A stretch of DNA of 59,535 nucleotides, counting the filler, from Dugesia japonica (taxonomy: Eukaryota), in NCBI GenBank assembly GCA_001938525.1. It is 5 parts of 5 records of this genome, joined end to end, with 100 filler letters (N's around TTAATTAATTAA, not from the genome) between each part and the next. Parts side by side here need not be neighbours in the genome. Positions count along the whole stretch, not along the records: positions 1 to 10,616 come from MQRL01263960.1; positions 10,717 to 23,646 come from MQRL01583279.1; 3 more parts are not named here. The stretch is one strand, 5' to 3'. Below the pieces are notes generated by a model. The model was given only the letters and a program-made list of their open reading frames with translations. It did not search any database and was not told the DNA's origin. Positions 1 through 13,660 of this stretch are shown here, piece after piece. The number at the start of each line of letters is the position of its first letter. The stretch's first letter is position 1. The position numbers and the translations under genes were made by a program.

Positions 1-93
1 TCAATCAATCATTCAATAAATCATTCAATCAATCGCTAAATCAATCAATAAATCAAGCAATAAATCAATCAATAAATCAATCAATAAATCAAT
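1..93. repeat. (TCAA/TAAA)n degenerate microsatellite
   Basis: Tandem tcaa/taaa units at window start. Confidence 0.8.
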
Positions 94-2108
94 ACTTTCA
101 GGTGCTTGCAAAGTGGAAACTCCACAATCATTTGAGCAAGCCATCTGTTGAATTCACCNGCAACGTGATCGATAAGAAAGTCCTCCGCGTGTAACCCCAA
201 AGTTAATTAGAATGTCAATTTGAAATGATGAAGATGTGGAGAAGAAGTTTGTTGGACATTAGGAAGAAAGAAGGCAAAATGAGATCTCTTGAGCAAGTCC
301 TGAACAAACAAAACGAACAAGACAAAATTGAGGTGTCTAAAAGGTGAGTGATTGTCGGGAACCGTTTTAGCAGACCTGATTTGCACGCCATCCAGACAGT
401 AAGTATAAATCTTTTTCACACATGTATTACCGTTACAAAAATATTTATCATTGATTATTTCAGTATTTCAATCCAAATTAACAAACTATTAGTTAAATTT
501 TTAAAATTAATTCAAAACTATTTAAATTTTATTGCAAGCTAATAAAATCAATAAAAAATTTTATCATTATAAAATAGAAAAATTTAATAAATCACAAAAT
601 GTTATCAAAACGATATTGATAGAAAGAAATGAAATTACCTGCAAGAAAGTATTAATTCTACTTTTGATACAAGAGTATTTGCCATTATTAATTATCTAAA
701 ATAATTTAAGAATTTAGAAACGTAAATAAATTCTAAATAAAATTTTATTTAATTTACTCAACTAAAATACACGACAGAAAAAAATTAATATTAAACAACA
801 ATTTGAAAATAAAATTTATGCAACCTCAAAATTTGAAATATTTAAACACTATTTACAAATCTTAAAATAAATTAATAAATTTTGTTTAAGACAAATATTT
901 TGTTTAAAAAATTTTAATGGAAGTGCCTTTAAGTTATTTCATAAAAGAATCGTTTATTTTGAAAGCGAAACTATTAGCATTTTTGATAATTTTTAGGGTA
1001 TGTATTATCTTTATCTGACATTTTCGATGAGTATTTTAGGTAATAAATTACACATTACCTATAAATACAAAACATATAAATGCTAGTTAAGAAAACTCAT
1101 TAAAATTTTTAAATTTATTCAAATGCAAAACTACAAATATTTGTGATAACAAAAATGGACTTACCCTACTATAAAATAAACAACACAAATAATTAATAAA
1201 TGTTGATTTCGTATAACTTAAAAATCTCTAAATTTTGCTTCAAAGTTACAAACATAGTTTTTGTCTTTTTTTCTCGTTTCAATCACTTTTCTATTGGCTG
1301 TCTATTTAAATGTCTCTTGTAAATATACTTCAATCAAATTTCGCATCATCTTCTTCACCCTTATGAATAAAACTTCCAACAATTACTTATACTTTTGTTT
1401 ATCCTAATGTTTTCATCGTATTCTCGTTTTCGTATTGCAATTTATCGTCACTCCTCATCATATGTTGTCCTCACAACTTGTTAAAACATTTCTTACTAAG
1501 TTTCCCAATTTATTTTTAATATCACTCTTGGCCTTCCTTGTAACTTATGCTTCTACATTATGAGCTTGTAAACTTTTACTCTTCCCATTTTCTTTCATTT
1601 TCTGTCTTTCTGAGAATATCCAATTAACTTGTTTGATAGTAATTTATTTCAACCAACTCTTTACTGATGGAACCTTGTTGTCTCGTTTAGATGTACTGAA
1701 TACAACTCTATTTTATTTTATTTTTCTTTTCCGTCTATTAAATTATATCTACAATGCTTCTCAAAAGTCTGTTACATTTTTTAATTGAAACTATAATTTT
1801 TTTGTAAATTAGATTAAATTGTATTTTTGGGGATATACTTGGATTTTAATGTAGACTTGGAATATAAAGTTTGATAATAAAACCTTATATAAAATTTAAG
1901 GTTTGAATAAAAACTAAAAAATTCTTGATGAACTGCTTAAAGGTTTATCACATTTTGAATATATATAGTTATTAAATTACTTACTAAGTGTAAAACATAT
2001 GTATTTTTTTGTAAATTTTCTTAAAATAATAATTAAACAGAAATAAATCAAATTAAATAAATATTAATTTAAAAGATATATCAATCTTTAAAAATTTATT
2101 AATAGATT

Positions 2109-3297
2109 GTCGGAAAGGTTTTGTCGGTTTTTTCAAAATATAAAAAGTTTATTAATAATGAAAGTTTACTAATAATGATTTATTAATAGACAAATTAGTA
2201 ATCGAATGAGTCCCCATCCAAATCAATAATTTTCAATCAGGTTTAAGACAACACGAAGATTACATGGCGATAAAACTCTTTATTTTTTGAATTAAAATAT
2301 TTTTAAATATTCTGTTTCATATAGTCAATATATTGAAACTTTTGCCCTTCAAAAAATGCTCCATTGAACGGAAGAAGTGATAGGTACTTGAGGCTGAGTC
2401 CGGACTGTACCGCAGGTGCTCCTTAACTTCCCAACCAGCATCTTTCATTCATTTCTTCGTCGTATTAGCTGTGTGAGGCTTAGGATTGTCGTTCAACAGA
2501 ATAACTAGGATAGTGTGCTAACTCACTTTTTGATTAAATTTATGCAAATTCCAGTGAATGTTGCTACGACTGTTCCAGAAGTTTATCAGCATTCGCTTTC
2601 CCTTCTGAAAGTCTTTGACTGCAATGGAAGATGGGTTTTGGTCACTTGATATCCATTCATTTTGTCAATGTAGATTACTGAAAGCCACCCATTTTTCATC
2701 AAATGTAACAATATTTTACAATGACAACTGACAATTCTCGTGTTGTTGCAACATCAAGGCGCTTCTGTTTCTGTGCACCCGTCAATTCGTTTGGAATCTC
2801 CTAAGAACTTAGCCCTTTTTGTCAGCTTCATGCCGTATCGTTGAATAATGGCATGCAAATTCATCTGTAAGCATTCGCGTTGTTATTGATGGTTGTTCTT
2901 CAATTTTCTTGTAAATATCTTGATAATTGACCTCCCGCAGACGACTAGACCTTGTAAAATTTGTCAATTGGTCTTTCTTCAAGAAAAGCTTTGAACCAAC
3001 GTTGCACTTTTCATTGTGAAAAAATGCGTTTACCTTACACATTGAAAATTTACGTTCTGCATCAGCATCTTTTAAACCACATTTCAATTGAAAGTGTAGA
3101 AACAAACGAATTTTATCTTTGGACAAGTCCATCTAAAGACAAAGAAATAGAATTTAAATTTTAAAATAATTTTAATTTCATTATTATGAATCTTATTAGC
3201 AATCTATTTAATATGGTGAATAACAAATACATTTTATTATTACGTCATATTTATGTAACCTTTTAAATTTTGAAAAAACCGACAAAACCTTTCCGAC
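2109..3297 (-). mobile_element. mariner (D,D34D-type) DNA transposon, degenerate
   Basis: Perfect 31-bp inverted repeats 2109-2139 / 3267-3297 (gtcggaaaggttttgtcggttttttcaaaat). Minus strand carries a Mos1-like N-terminus (ORF 3132-2809), IVTFDEKWV, LLNDNPKPHTA and YSPD motifs, with stops and frameshifts. Confidence 0.92.
2250..3132 (-). pseudogene. mariner transposase pseudogene
   Basis: MDLSKDKIRLFLHFQLKCG..., IVTFDEKW, HLRYSPDSASSTYHFFRSMEHF; broken reading frame; 3' end approximate. Confidence 0.88.
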
Positions 3298-3399
3298 TAA
3301 TTATTATATATAATTCACAAGCATTTATTTATTCATAAAATGATTTAAGAATTTAAAATTTCGTTGAAAATCCATTATTTTCTAAGACTAACTTTATTC

Positions 3400-3830
3400 A
3401 TTTTGGCATAGATAAAACAACGTTTAAAGGGAAATCTTTAAGTATTTCATGAAACCACACTTTATTGATATTTGCAGCAATTCCTGTTTATTTTTACTTA
3501 CTTTTTCCCAATCTTCGTTTCAGTTCAGTCCATATATTTTCAAAATGATTAATACCTGAAGAATAACCTGGCCGCTTAAGAACTTTTATATTATTTTTCT
3601 TAAAAAATTGTTTCGTTTCGGCTGAAGTATGACATGGTGCTGAATCTTGCTGAAACATTGGATCGACAATTGACTGATCAATCACAGTTTTTAAATGCTT
3701 TTTTCTTAGCACTTCAATGTACTTTTCAGAGTTTATGTAGCCATCACAAATGTATATCCTATCGATGAAATGATAAACATCCCCACACTATCACCGATAA
3801 TAGATGTTTAATAGTTGGCTTAATGAATTT
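3400..3830 (-). pseudogene. Tc1-like (DD34E) transposase C-terminal remnant
   Basis: ORF 3712-3494: FQQDSAPCHTS...KVLKRPGYSSGINHFENIWTELKRRL matches the Tc1 DNAPxH and SPDLNPIENxW motifs; boundaries approximate. Confidence 0.85.
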
Positions 3831-5062
3831 CATTTCATAAAGGTTTGAAAATGGAAATCTTCGAACGTTTTGCATTACCAGTTCAGGATTAATTTATTTT
3901 GTGCATTCATATAAAAAATAAACTCTTTTTTAAAATCTTACATCTTTTTAAACATTTCATTAGCATTTTATTTTTTTCTTTTCTACAGATTTTCAATAAT
4001 TAAAAAGCTTTCATTTTTCTACAAAGGATTTCAAACCACTTTTATGAAGAGTTCTTTGTACTGTTTGTCTGTAAACTTTTTTATCAGTGAATTTATTGAA
4101 TTCATATGCGATTTCACTTGCTAATTTAAATAGATTTTCTGTCAGTCATTTATTTTCTGTGATTCTTCTAAAATTCAATGTTGTATCCTAGTATGACCAG
4201 CATTATAGTCATTCTCTTGATCTTTTAGATCTTTCTGTTTGTTTTATTCGAATCTTTGTGTTTCATGTTTTTATACTCTGGCATAACCTGTTAAAACATT
4301 TTCTGTTTTCTATGTTTCTATAATTTATTCATTAGAGTTAACGTTTCCTTCATATCTTCTGTACTTTCAATCTTCCATAACACTACTTCTTTCTCTATTT
4401 TTTTATTCTCCCTACATATTATCAACATCAATGTCTTTACGTTTTCCTTGGTGAATAAATAATTATCATCTGTTCAAAATGCCTTTTGGTGATTGCATCT
4501 TCGTTTACTTCAGCCCCCATGTGCACTCGCTGAAATTTAAATATTTTTTAAAATTAATTTTTAAACTTATTTAAATTGAAAAATCAGGTAAATTTATCTG
4601 TTTTTAATAGTAATTATTTATTTATCTTTTTTATTTAAAAATTTTCTTTAGATAAACTTTGTTTTATTAATTCAAAATCAATTCTTTTTAAAATTTCGCC
4701 AATCGGTTGACATTAATTAATGTTTATCAACAAATATTTTTATATAAACCATATTCACTTATAATAATAATATTTNAAATATNTTCCTTGATTTCTCTCA
4801 AGTTGATAAAAAATAAATTCTTAAATAATGGCTACCCAAATAAAATTATATCGAAATTACTTTCAAAAGTAAAATAACATTAATAGTAAGAATAATTTTA
4901 ACCAATTTTTATTGGTTAATAATTCTCGAAAATTATCCATCTTCAGAAAAAAAGTTTTTAAAATTCTTTTAAAAATTTTATCCAAAAGATTTTTAAAAAT
5001 AATTGTCATTTTAATTTGTTTCTATTATTATCATTATTTGTCATATTACTGTTTGGCTAGAG

Positions 5063-5419
5063 CAGTGGTCGGCAAAGTGCGGCTCCAGAGCCTCATGTAG
5101 CTCTTTGGTTCCTTAAGTGCGCCTCTGAAACAAATATTCACGGAAGGCGCAATAATTTTTCATTTTAAAAAACACGCAAAAAATTACATCTGTATTTGAT
5201 AAATTAAAATTCTTCTATAAATCGAGAACATGTATTAATTTTTGTTTAACATCGTTCTCATTAATAAGTATTATCAAATGTGAAATTTAGTTTTATTTAG
5301 TGTAATACTTATTTTATGTAATAACATTTTACTAAACAAGCAGATTTGGGTCCCAATTTTTTTTAAATTGTTGCAATGCCCATATTTGGCTCTTTGGCTA
5401 AAAAGTTAGCCGATCATTG
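5063..5419. mobile_element. hAT-type MITE (357 bp)
   Basis: Imperfect TIRs cagtggtcggcaaa / ttagccgatcattg flanked by perfect 8-bp TSD ggctagag (5055-5062, 5420-5427). Confidence 0.88.
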
Positions 5420-7229
5420 GGCTAGAGTAATGTTTCTATTATATGTTAATTTACACATCACTTTTTTTTAATGGAATATTTATCAACCATCAACCATATT
5501 TAAATATAAATTATTTGAGTTTTGTTGTCATTGATTGCATACATTAGTAAAAATGAAATTTGTAATACTAGAAATTTTTTGAAAAGCAACGATCAACATT
5601 GATGTTCTTCTATTTTCATAGATTGTTCAATATTTTGGCTATGCCTTCTTCAGGAATTATTATCAGAAATTCAGTTATTTTAGATATATAGATCAATGGT
5701 TAGAATATTAAAAAAGAAATGGTTCATCACCAAATTATGTAATATTTGATGATATGTGAGTGGCAAATTAAAAATTATATAGAATACCCCACATTATTTA
5801 ATCATAAAACCCAAGTATTATTTTAAAAAAAATATAACAATTCAAAGAAATTTATAATTTTTCCCAAGAAATCTTCATCTCTACTCGACAATTTTTAGAT
5901 TTAGTTAAAGAAATTATTAAATTTTCTTTGAATTAAGATGTTTTGCATTTGTTTGCAGAAAGCAGGCAAGCAGTCCTAACGGGAATATTTACCTTGAGAT
6001 AATAATTGATAATGAATGAATACACATCAATAATTACCTCTTAGCGACTGATTGAATAGGTGTACATTTTGAAATAAGTGAACAAACACAACAAATAAAT
6101 ATTCTCTGGGAAACACAGTTCATCCCATAATCGAATGTCTTCATTTTTTCCACAAAAATAATATCCACATTGACAGCAGAAATATGGCCATTTTTACAGC
6201 GAAACATTTGGATAATTCTCAAACTTTATTTGATAAGAAAAGAATAATTTGGAATAGTTTGATATAATACCAATGATTATTATTCGAATGTTTGTTAACA
6301 TTTACTTGTTCTCACTTACTACTCTAGATTAAACAATGAGATAGAATAATGGAATTGAAACATTCTCCAATTTTTATCTTTCAAATTTTGTGCAAAGGTT
6401 TCCTCGAAAAGTTTCTTTTAAATAGAAATTATGATTCGTATTTTTCAACTATTAACGTTTCTATTTTCTTTATATTTTCACTAGGAAATGTTTCCAAAAT
6501 TCTTGTTAATTCCATGCAGCATGTTTACATTCAATAAGTTACATATAACTGTAGAAATCTAAATATTTTACGATGCCTTCATGAAATTACAAAGGATAGA
6601 ATAGTAGTTAAGATGGCATATTCATAAAAATCTCTTTAAAATATTGTTCTCCTGTAATGATTGGTTAGTAAGAAAACAATAAATTTATTTCATACGAATG
6701 AGAAGTTATAGTGTTCTAATAATTCATGTTTTCAGCATAAATCAATTTTTTTGCTTTTTTTCAATATTTGTATATAAGTTTAAGAGAAAACTCCATGACA
6801 AATCGATTGTTATTAATTTACTGTTAATTTTATTTACATGTATTTTAAATACCTTTACATGACTCTAGTTATGACAATACAGTAAAAATCTAGGCTGGTG
6901 ATAGTAGAGAGATAATAGCGCACTGGAAAATCCTTCTTCCTCCTAATAGGGAAAATGTTTTTCAGGTCGACCTTTTTATTCGTGAAAATTTATTGAAAAC
7001 TTTGAATTTTGACAAATGCACACACACGTGAAAACTAGTAAAGCCAAATTTTACTTGGTAAGAGTAACCCTAGAAATTTTAAAAATAACGAATAATGATT
7101 TAAACCGAAGGATTATATAGGTTTTAAAACCCTTGTGTAAAAAAATTCATACATTAAAGCAAACGATATATTCTTGAACATTCTTATTAAAATTATTTAA
7201 AATTAATTTATGTAAAAATTATTATTGAA

Positions 7230-7720
7230 ATTATTTGATACCCGTCTAAGTTGGAAACAAAGTTTACTGGTATTGTTGTAATTGACTTTTGGATTATTCT
7301 AAGGAAACCTTAAAGCACTAATTTGGATTTTGCGCATTCGGAATGCAAAGGTTAGTCTGGAATGTAAGAATACTTTGTATGCCTTAACTTTCTGCAATCC
7401 TAGTAAGTCTGAGTCAGAAATTTTTGGTAAATCATCAATGACTTATTCTTATTATCTCATAAAGATTTTGGTAGTTTCTGTCTTTGAGAAGAACGTTTAG
7501 ATATTGATAAAATTCTTTTATGAGAAATTTTCTAATTTTCTTATTATTTATAGATATTTTACTGCTGAAGTTGGTTTTAGGTAGTTAAATTTAAGCGTAT
7601 TTATAAGGATGAAATTCAAATTCAATGATTCTTGCAGTTTCTATTCAAATTTATAAAATTTTATGAATTTCTTTAGTATTAATTGCAACGAGAGCAACAT
7701 CATTAGTATATGGTGGTTGT
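7230..7720 (-). pseudogene. non-LTR retrotransposon RT remnant (R2/NeSL/Utopia-like)
   Basis: Minus strand reads YTNDVALVA (degenerate YADD) and SDLLGLQKVKAYKVFLHSRLTFAFR, resembling the thumb motif of RLE-type LINEs; many stops. Confidence 0.6.
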
Positions 7721-8149
7721 CAAATGTGCTTTGATTTTTGATTTTAAGAGCTTGAATTTGATTGGTTGATTTTGTAAATAGTATAAGTGTGTTAAAACAA
7801 TATTCGGGAGAGGGAGAGTGGTATGCTTGGAAAGAGAATTAATTATCAGATTTTTTAAGATTTATTTGAAATTTTTCTACCCGGAGGGTATGACGTCATA
7901 ATCTTTTGAAATCTTTATTTTTAGTAAAAATGCTGTATTTTGCTTAAATTGATGAATTTATTGAAAGTAATGGAATTTTTGAGTATTTGATGTATTTTTG
8001 AGTATTTTTCGAGTATTTTTGAGTGGGAAAGGTGGGTTTTCATATTTTTTGATAAGGGAAGAGGGGAATCTTGTTATCCTTTGGTGGGAAATTTAATTAT
8101 AATAAATTTAAATAAATTTAATTAAATTTTATATTTTTTTTGGGCAGAC

Positions 8150-8370
8150 TTTATATTTGCAAGAGATGGGGGGTGAAGTCTCTATATTTGGCATGAAATG
8201 GGAGGGTCTTTATACTTTACATGAGATAGGGGGAGTCTCTATATTTTGCATGAGATGGGGGGAGTCTATAAATTTACCATGAGATGGGGGAGTCTGTATA
8301 TTTTGCATGGCTAGTCTCTTTATATTGAATGAGATGGGATAGACTTGATATTTCGCAAGGGATGAGGCTG
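8150..8370. repeat. ~28-30-bp tandem repeat (gagatggggggagtct...tatatttgcat)
   Basis: About 7 degenerate copies visible. Confidence 0.75.
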
Positions 8371-8384
8371 TCTAAAATTCATAG

Positions 8385-8625
8385 GCACATGATTTTCATT
8401 GTATGTGTGTTGCATCTGAGTTGCATACCTATTGCATTTATTAAAGAAATCAATAAAAATTCCTAGTCACGTGATTTTCATTATATGTGTGTTGCATCTG
8501 AGTTGCAACTGAGTTGAATTGGTTATAAATTTATTTTAAAAATCAATAAAAATTCCCAGTCACATCATTTTCAGTGTATGTGTGTTGCAATCGTGATGCA
8601 CACCTATTGGATACATACTGCATTC
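8385..8625. repeat. three ~80-90-bp direct repeats (cacatgattttca..tatgtgtgttgca)
   Basis: Copies start near 8387, 8470 and 8561. Confidence 0.7.
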
Positions 8626-9230
8626 ATTAATAAAAAAACTATTTACAATAAGAAACATTTATTACAACAACAATTTTTCTTTTCTTCTTCTCTACTTTTT
8701 CTTCTTCTAGATGGATTTCTATTGGTTCCTGGTTGGTTTCTATTCTTTCTACAACCAATAAAATTATACATTAAGTACATAAATAGAAATTCTTTTAAAT
8801 ATTTCATTATTTTCAAAATGGTAGATATTCGAAATTCATCTCACAAGCAACATGAAATGCTCAATCAGTAAGATATATGCAACAAAGATAATGAAGATTT
8901 TCTACCAAATGCAGGATACAAAGTATTGTCAGTTGTCAATCAAACTTATACACTGAACTATATGGATAATTTAAATTGTTGTATAATAAATAAAGCAGAG
9001 AGAATAAAAGGAGAATACAATCTGGTATTACAAAAGCATGGTAAGGTTTTTGAACTTGATGCGCCAACTGCAGCTATCGAGATTTATAAGGAAGAAAAAG
9101 TGAACATTACCAATAAATTGAACTTGGACATACAATATCAGAGTCCATAGTTAATTAATATAAACAGAACAAATGTTAAAATGCATGCACTGTCCAGTTC
9201 ATTTGGTAAGCAAAGATAGTGTCTACGGTT

Positions 9231-10135
9231 AGTAGATGGATAGTGGCACTCAACCTCTGCACACATGCAGTACCCCCCTCCCGCCCCCCGGGTGTAAAAA
9301 TTTATTACATAACTTTTCCAATGTAAATAGTTTACAGAATTATTTAAATAGTTTACCGAATTATTTAAAATTTTATATTTTCCAGATGTTTTGGTAAGAA
9401 ATTTCCCCGTTAAGGGTAATCTTGATTAATTATTTACTCACATGGGTCAATTTTCTATGATTTGTGGTAATCATTTCCTCATGAATAGTCAATTTGGGTC
9501 AGTTTTGGACAATTTAGTCNATTAATTACTCGGTTCAAGGAATGTTGGTTAACTTAATTCGTCAAATTTAATCCTCGATTATATAAATAAGATTCTGTGT
9601 TAAAAAATCACAAAACTCAGAGTTTAGCGCTCGGAGCGCAGAAATCTACTAACTCAAATTAATTAAATTGAATTTAAATTATTTAATTTTTAAATTTTCT
9701 AGAATTTTCTTGAATTAATTGTTTAAATTTATCAATGTGTTTAATTAATACACACCTGTTCTAAAACTTATATAAAATGAATCTCAAATTCATCATTCAT
9801 TATTTCAAGATCACCCCCCTGCCGACAAAGAAATAATAGAGTAGAGATGATGAGTCATAGGTATGAGTCCTCGTTGACTCGAGACAAAGACGATGAGTCA
9901 TCTGTGAGTCTTCGGTATGACTCATGAAAGGCTAGAACAAGGAAAATGAGCCATAAGTATGACTCATCATTAGTAGGATCAAAGGTGATGACTCATGATG
10001 ATGACTCATCGATGCGTAAGACAAAGCCGATGACTCATGCAAAAAAAATTTTTCTATGTCCATTTTAACAAAGAACAAAAATCATAGATCATGAGTCATA
10101 CTTTCTATCGAAAAATCTTTGAAGTCCATTTAAAC
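9231..10135 (+). mobile_element. putative Polinton-like left terminus with TGA(C/G)TCA array
   Basis: Starts AGTAGAT..GCAC..AAC..GTACCCCC like 55877; dense TGACTCA/TGAGTCA at 9850-10100; shares atttttctatgtc..aacaaaga with 56060-56300. Confidence 0.5.
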
Positions 10136-10616
10136 ANNNNNNNNNNNNNNNNNNNNNNNNNNNNNNNNNNNNNNNNNNNNNNNNNNNNNNNNNNNNNNNN
10201 NNNNNNNNNNNNNNNNNNNNNNNNNNNNNNNNNNNNNNNNNNNNNNNNNNNNNNNNNNNNNNNNNNNNNNNNNNNNNNNNNNNNNNNNNNNNNNNNNNNN
10301 NNNNNNNNNNNNNNNNGTCTGTTTAAGTTAATATTTATTATAAAAAGATAAATACATTAATTTCTTTTAAAGAAATAATACAACAGACCGGATGATAATA
10401 TTATCATTNNNNNNNNNNNNNNNNNNNNNNNNNNNNNNNNNNNNNNNTTAATTTTCTTCATGAATATTGTTCGGACTAAGAGTTCAACATATTCATGTTT
10501 ACTCATTAGTCCATTTTCTAGATCTGATAGGAATTGAATATTGCCAACGGATCCACTATTAATTGTATCTGTCAATATCTGAATTTCTCTTTCTAATTGT
10601 TTCATTTTTTTTGAAG

Positions 10617-10716
10617 NNNNNNNNNNNNNNNNNNNNNNNNNNNNNNNNNNNNNNNNNNNNTTAATTAATTAANNNNNNNNNNNNNNNNNNNNNNNNNNNN
10701 NNNNNNNNNNNNNNNN
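10617..10716. other. artificial contig-joining spacer
   Basis: 44N+TTAATTAATTAA+44N (six-frame stop linker). Confidence 0.97.
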
Positions 10717-10933
10717 AGTTTATAAAATTGAAAAACTAAAATCATACCAAGAATAATTTTGTCAAATAAATTCCAATATTTAAATATTTAATCGATTTAA
10801 TATAAATCGATCGCATAAGATATTTGAGTAATAATTTGTAAAATTCCCTTCAAAAGGAAATCATTGGATTTATTTATTTACTAATGGATAAGTTGAATTT
10901 CAATAAAGTAAATACTATTCATTTAATACTTAC

Positions 10934-11486
10934 ATTGGAAATATCACATGAAGTGATTCTGTCATTAATCGAGACCAAATCGAAATTATAAAATTTTTTC
11001 ACATTTTCTGATAATAAATTGCTTAATGAGCCTTCACCACAACCCATATCAGCTACAATCAAGGATTTGACATGATCCAACGATTTAATTCGCGAACAAA
11101 TCCAATAAATTGGATCTTCAGGCCATTTTTCACGTTGATTTCCAAATCCTTTATGATAAATTTCAAACGCGTTAGGATCGTTTTTGAAAAACTCATATGC
11201 CTCTTTACTTGTCATCAACGATAACTTTTCATTTATAAAGCGGAATCTAAATAATTTTTAACAATTTAAATTTTTACATAAATATTAAATTTACTAACAA
11301 AGATGCATTCATGTCTTTAGATGGTTTCTGTTTGTTCTTTTTAACTAAATTCTTTTCCACATTATTTACATCATTTGTAGAAGTTTTATTGTTATACTTC
11401 TTTTTGTTACGCTTATTTTTGCAATTATTTTTGCTTTTATCATTTTTGTGAAGAATTTTTTCAATAATTGATAAATTAAAAGGCAT
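10934..11486 (-). CDS. RRP8: ribosomal RNA-processing protein 8 (nucleomethylin, SAM methyltransferase), exons 1-2, 3' truncated
   Basis: Exon 1 11486-11299, 52-nt GTTAGT..TAG intron 11298-11247, exon 2 11246-10934 ending at GTAAGT. Spliced product MNASLFRFINEKL..FEIYHKGFGNQREKWPEDP..VADMGCGEG..FDLVS matches RRP8 motifs; remaining exons not seen before the spacer. Confidence 0.9.
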
Positions 11487-12149
11487 TTCGCATAAAAAAC
11501 TTTAATATTAAAACAAATTTACTTTTAAAGTTGAGAATTTACAATTTACAATTATTTACAATTTTAAAATTTTATTAAGAATCGGTAAAAAAAACTATTT
11601 AAAACACAAAAACATTTTGTCAATTTTACTATGTAATAAATAACAAAAATATTATAATCAGCAGAAATTTATATTTTATAAAATAAATGAATTATTTTAA
11701 AAATTGAAAAAATATTTATTATTGATAAAATTTTTTGAGAAAAGAATGTATTTTTCATTCTAAATTATAATAGTTACAATATCCTTGTCATTTATCATAA
11801 TTGAACAATAACTAAATACTTCGAATATTTATTAAATATAAATTATAACGTTAATTCTTATTATTCAAACAACGTTATTTTAAATTTCTATGATTCTCCC
11901 CTCCATCAAAACATTTTCCATCTCTTTAGCTAATCTATTCCCCTGGTTTCCCAACCATTAAGAAACGTGATTCCTGCTTTATACAAACCTCACTATACTA
12001 ATTAATATTTTTAGACATCATTTATTTCACAATTACAACACATGTTTAGTAAGATAATTATACTAGAAATAGCACTGGTTACATATTAAAATGGAATTAG
12101 ATCACTTTCTATTAGCTAAAACTATTAAATAATAATTATTTCTTTATAT

Positions 12150-12452
12150 CACGATATTTAAGAAACTTCTAAGTTTTTCTACATTTCTTTCCAATAGCTG
12201 CCCATTTCCTTTTATACTGTCTTTCATGAATTTTCTCAATCATTCGATAAGGTCCTTCAAATCTGTCTTGACTTTTATTTCTTATTTCTATCTTGATGAG
12301 TACAAAATCGTTCAATTTGAATTTTCTGTTAGTAATCACATCTGAAGTATTTTCTTTAATTCTATCTAAAACGTCTGACTCATACCATTTTTCTCTGCTA
12401 ATTTTCTTTCCAAATACGATCTCAGCTGGGCTCTTTCCAATCGTCTTCTGTT
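12150..12452 (-). pseudogene. Ty3/Gypsy-type integrase C-terminal remnant
   Basis: TIGKSPAEIVFG...RFEGPYRMIEK (GPY/F motif); truncated upstream. Confidence 0.8.
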
Positions 12453-13660
12453 TCCATGGCAACCATATCGAAACCGTGACCAGTACCGTTTCTATGGCAG
12501 CCGAACGAGATATGGATTTTCTGATTTTGGGCCGTAACTAAGGGCAATGGTGCGCGGAAAATGTTATTGCGAAATGTCTATCCAAGATAGCCGTATCTAT
12601 GGCAACCAAAAATTTTTAATAATTTTTTTAGATTTTTGAAAATTTTAAAATATGAGAAAATTAACAAAACTATTTTGAGTCTGATGATAATTTTTTTAAA
12701 TTTTTCTAGAGAATACCGATAAAGATATCACGTTCCAAAGTTTTTGTCCTCGCGTTCTCCTATCTTTTTAGGTGACTTAACGTATATTTTTTTAAGAAAT
12801 TATTTTTTCTAATGAAATATGGATTTTTTCTGACCTAGGTTACCAAGAATGAGATGGTTGGCATGGTAACGTGCAAAGATATTTTTTTATAGATTTTCCT
12901 CCACAATTAACAGAAGTAAAGTTGCGCTGATTGCTGAACTATTTAAACCTTTTGTTCAAGCGACCAGATCACCTGATAATATGTCATAAAAATTTTTTTT
13001 GAATATGTTAAAAATGTTTTTAACAAAACGTTAAAACCATAGATATTCAAGAAAAACAAGGCAATTTTGGTGAGAATGATGAAGGAACATGGATACCTGA
13101 TGATAAAGTAGAAGACGTTATAAGGAGAATACGCCATCTTTTGAGTCATGCTGGAGTATAAAAGGTATCAGCGTACATGAAGCATAATTATAACGCGAAA
13201 CATTTGTAGAGCTAAGTACAAGAGGTTGTTCAAAAATGTGTTGGGGTTTTATCTAAGAGTTGACATAATCTTGGGTAGTTGAACTAATCAAACCTCTCGA
13301 AGAATTTAATCTGGTGTCCCAAAAATTCAGATCTTCGGAATGGAGCCGTTGACTTGAAATATGAGTACAGACTCGCACTCCTTTGGTTCAAGTTCGTTTC
13401 ACATGATACTCGCCTGATTTAAATCCTACTTATTAATCATTAATTTATTCGATTTTCAGTTTTTAACGGTTTTTATCGAATTCTTATTATCAGTCATTTG
13501 AGCCCTAAATCATTTTTAAAAAAATTTCTTTTTTAAATTATGCATATTTAGCTGAGTTCATTTAATTACTACTTTAATATAAAAATCAATACCTTAAGTT
13601 TTAAAGCTATCAAGAACACAAAGTTTTGACAAGTGAAAAATATATTCGATTATCCAAATC
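12453..13660. mobile_element. unclassified repeat/TE remnant with repeated CATGGCAAC-like motifs
   Basis: Abuts the integrase remnant; ccatggcaacc, ctatggcagcc, ctatggcaacc, gcatggtaac at about 12455, 12493, 12597, 12860; no ORF homology. Confidence 0.35.

Noticed and set aside
100-420. Possible host exons (acceptor near 101, donors near 344 and 399)
   Set aside because: Short frames with stops and no recognisable homology
5430-6900. Possible decayed transposase
   Set aside because: No diagnostic motif could be read
10357-10605. Minus-strand ORF as continuation of RRP8
   Set aside because: Lies across an artificial spacer and lacks the expected FCLSLMGT motif
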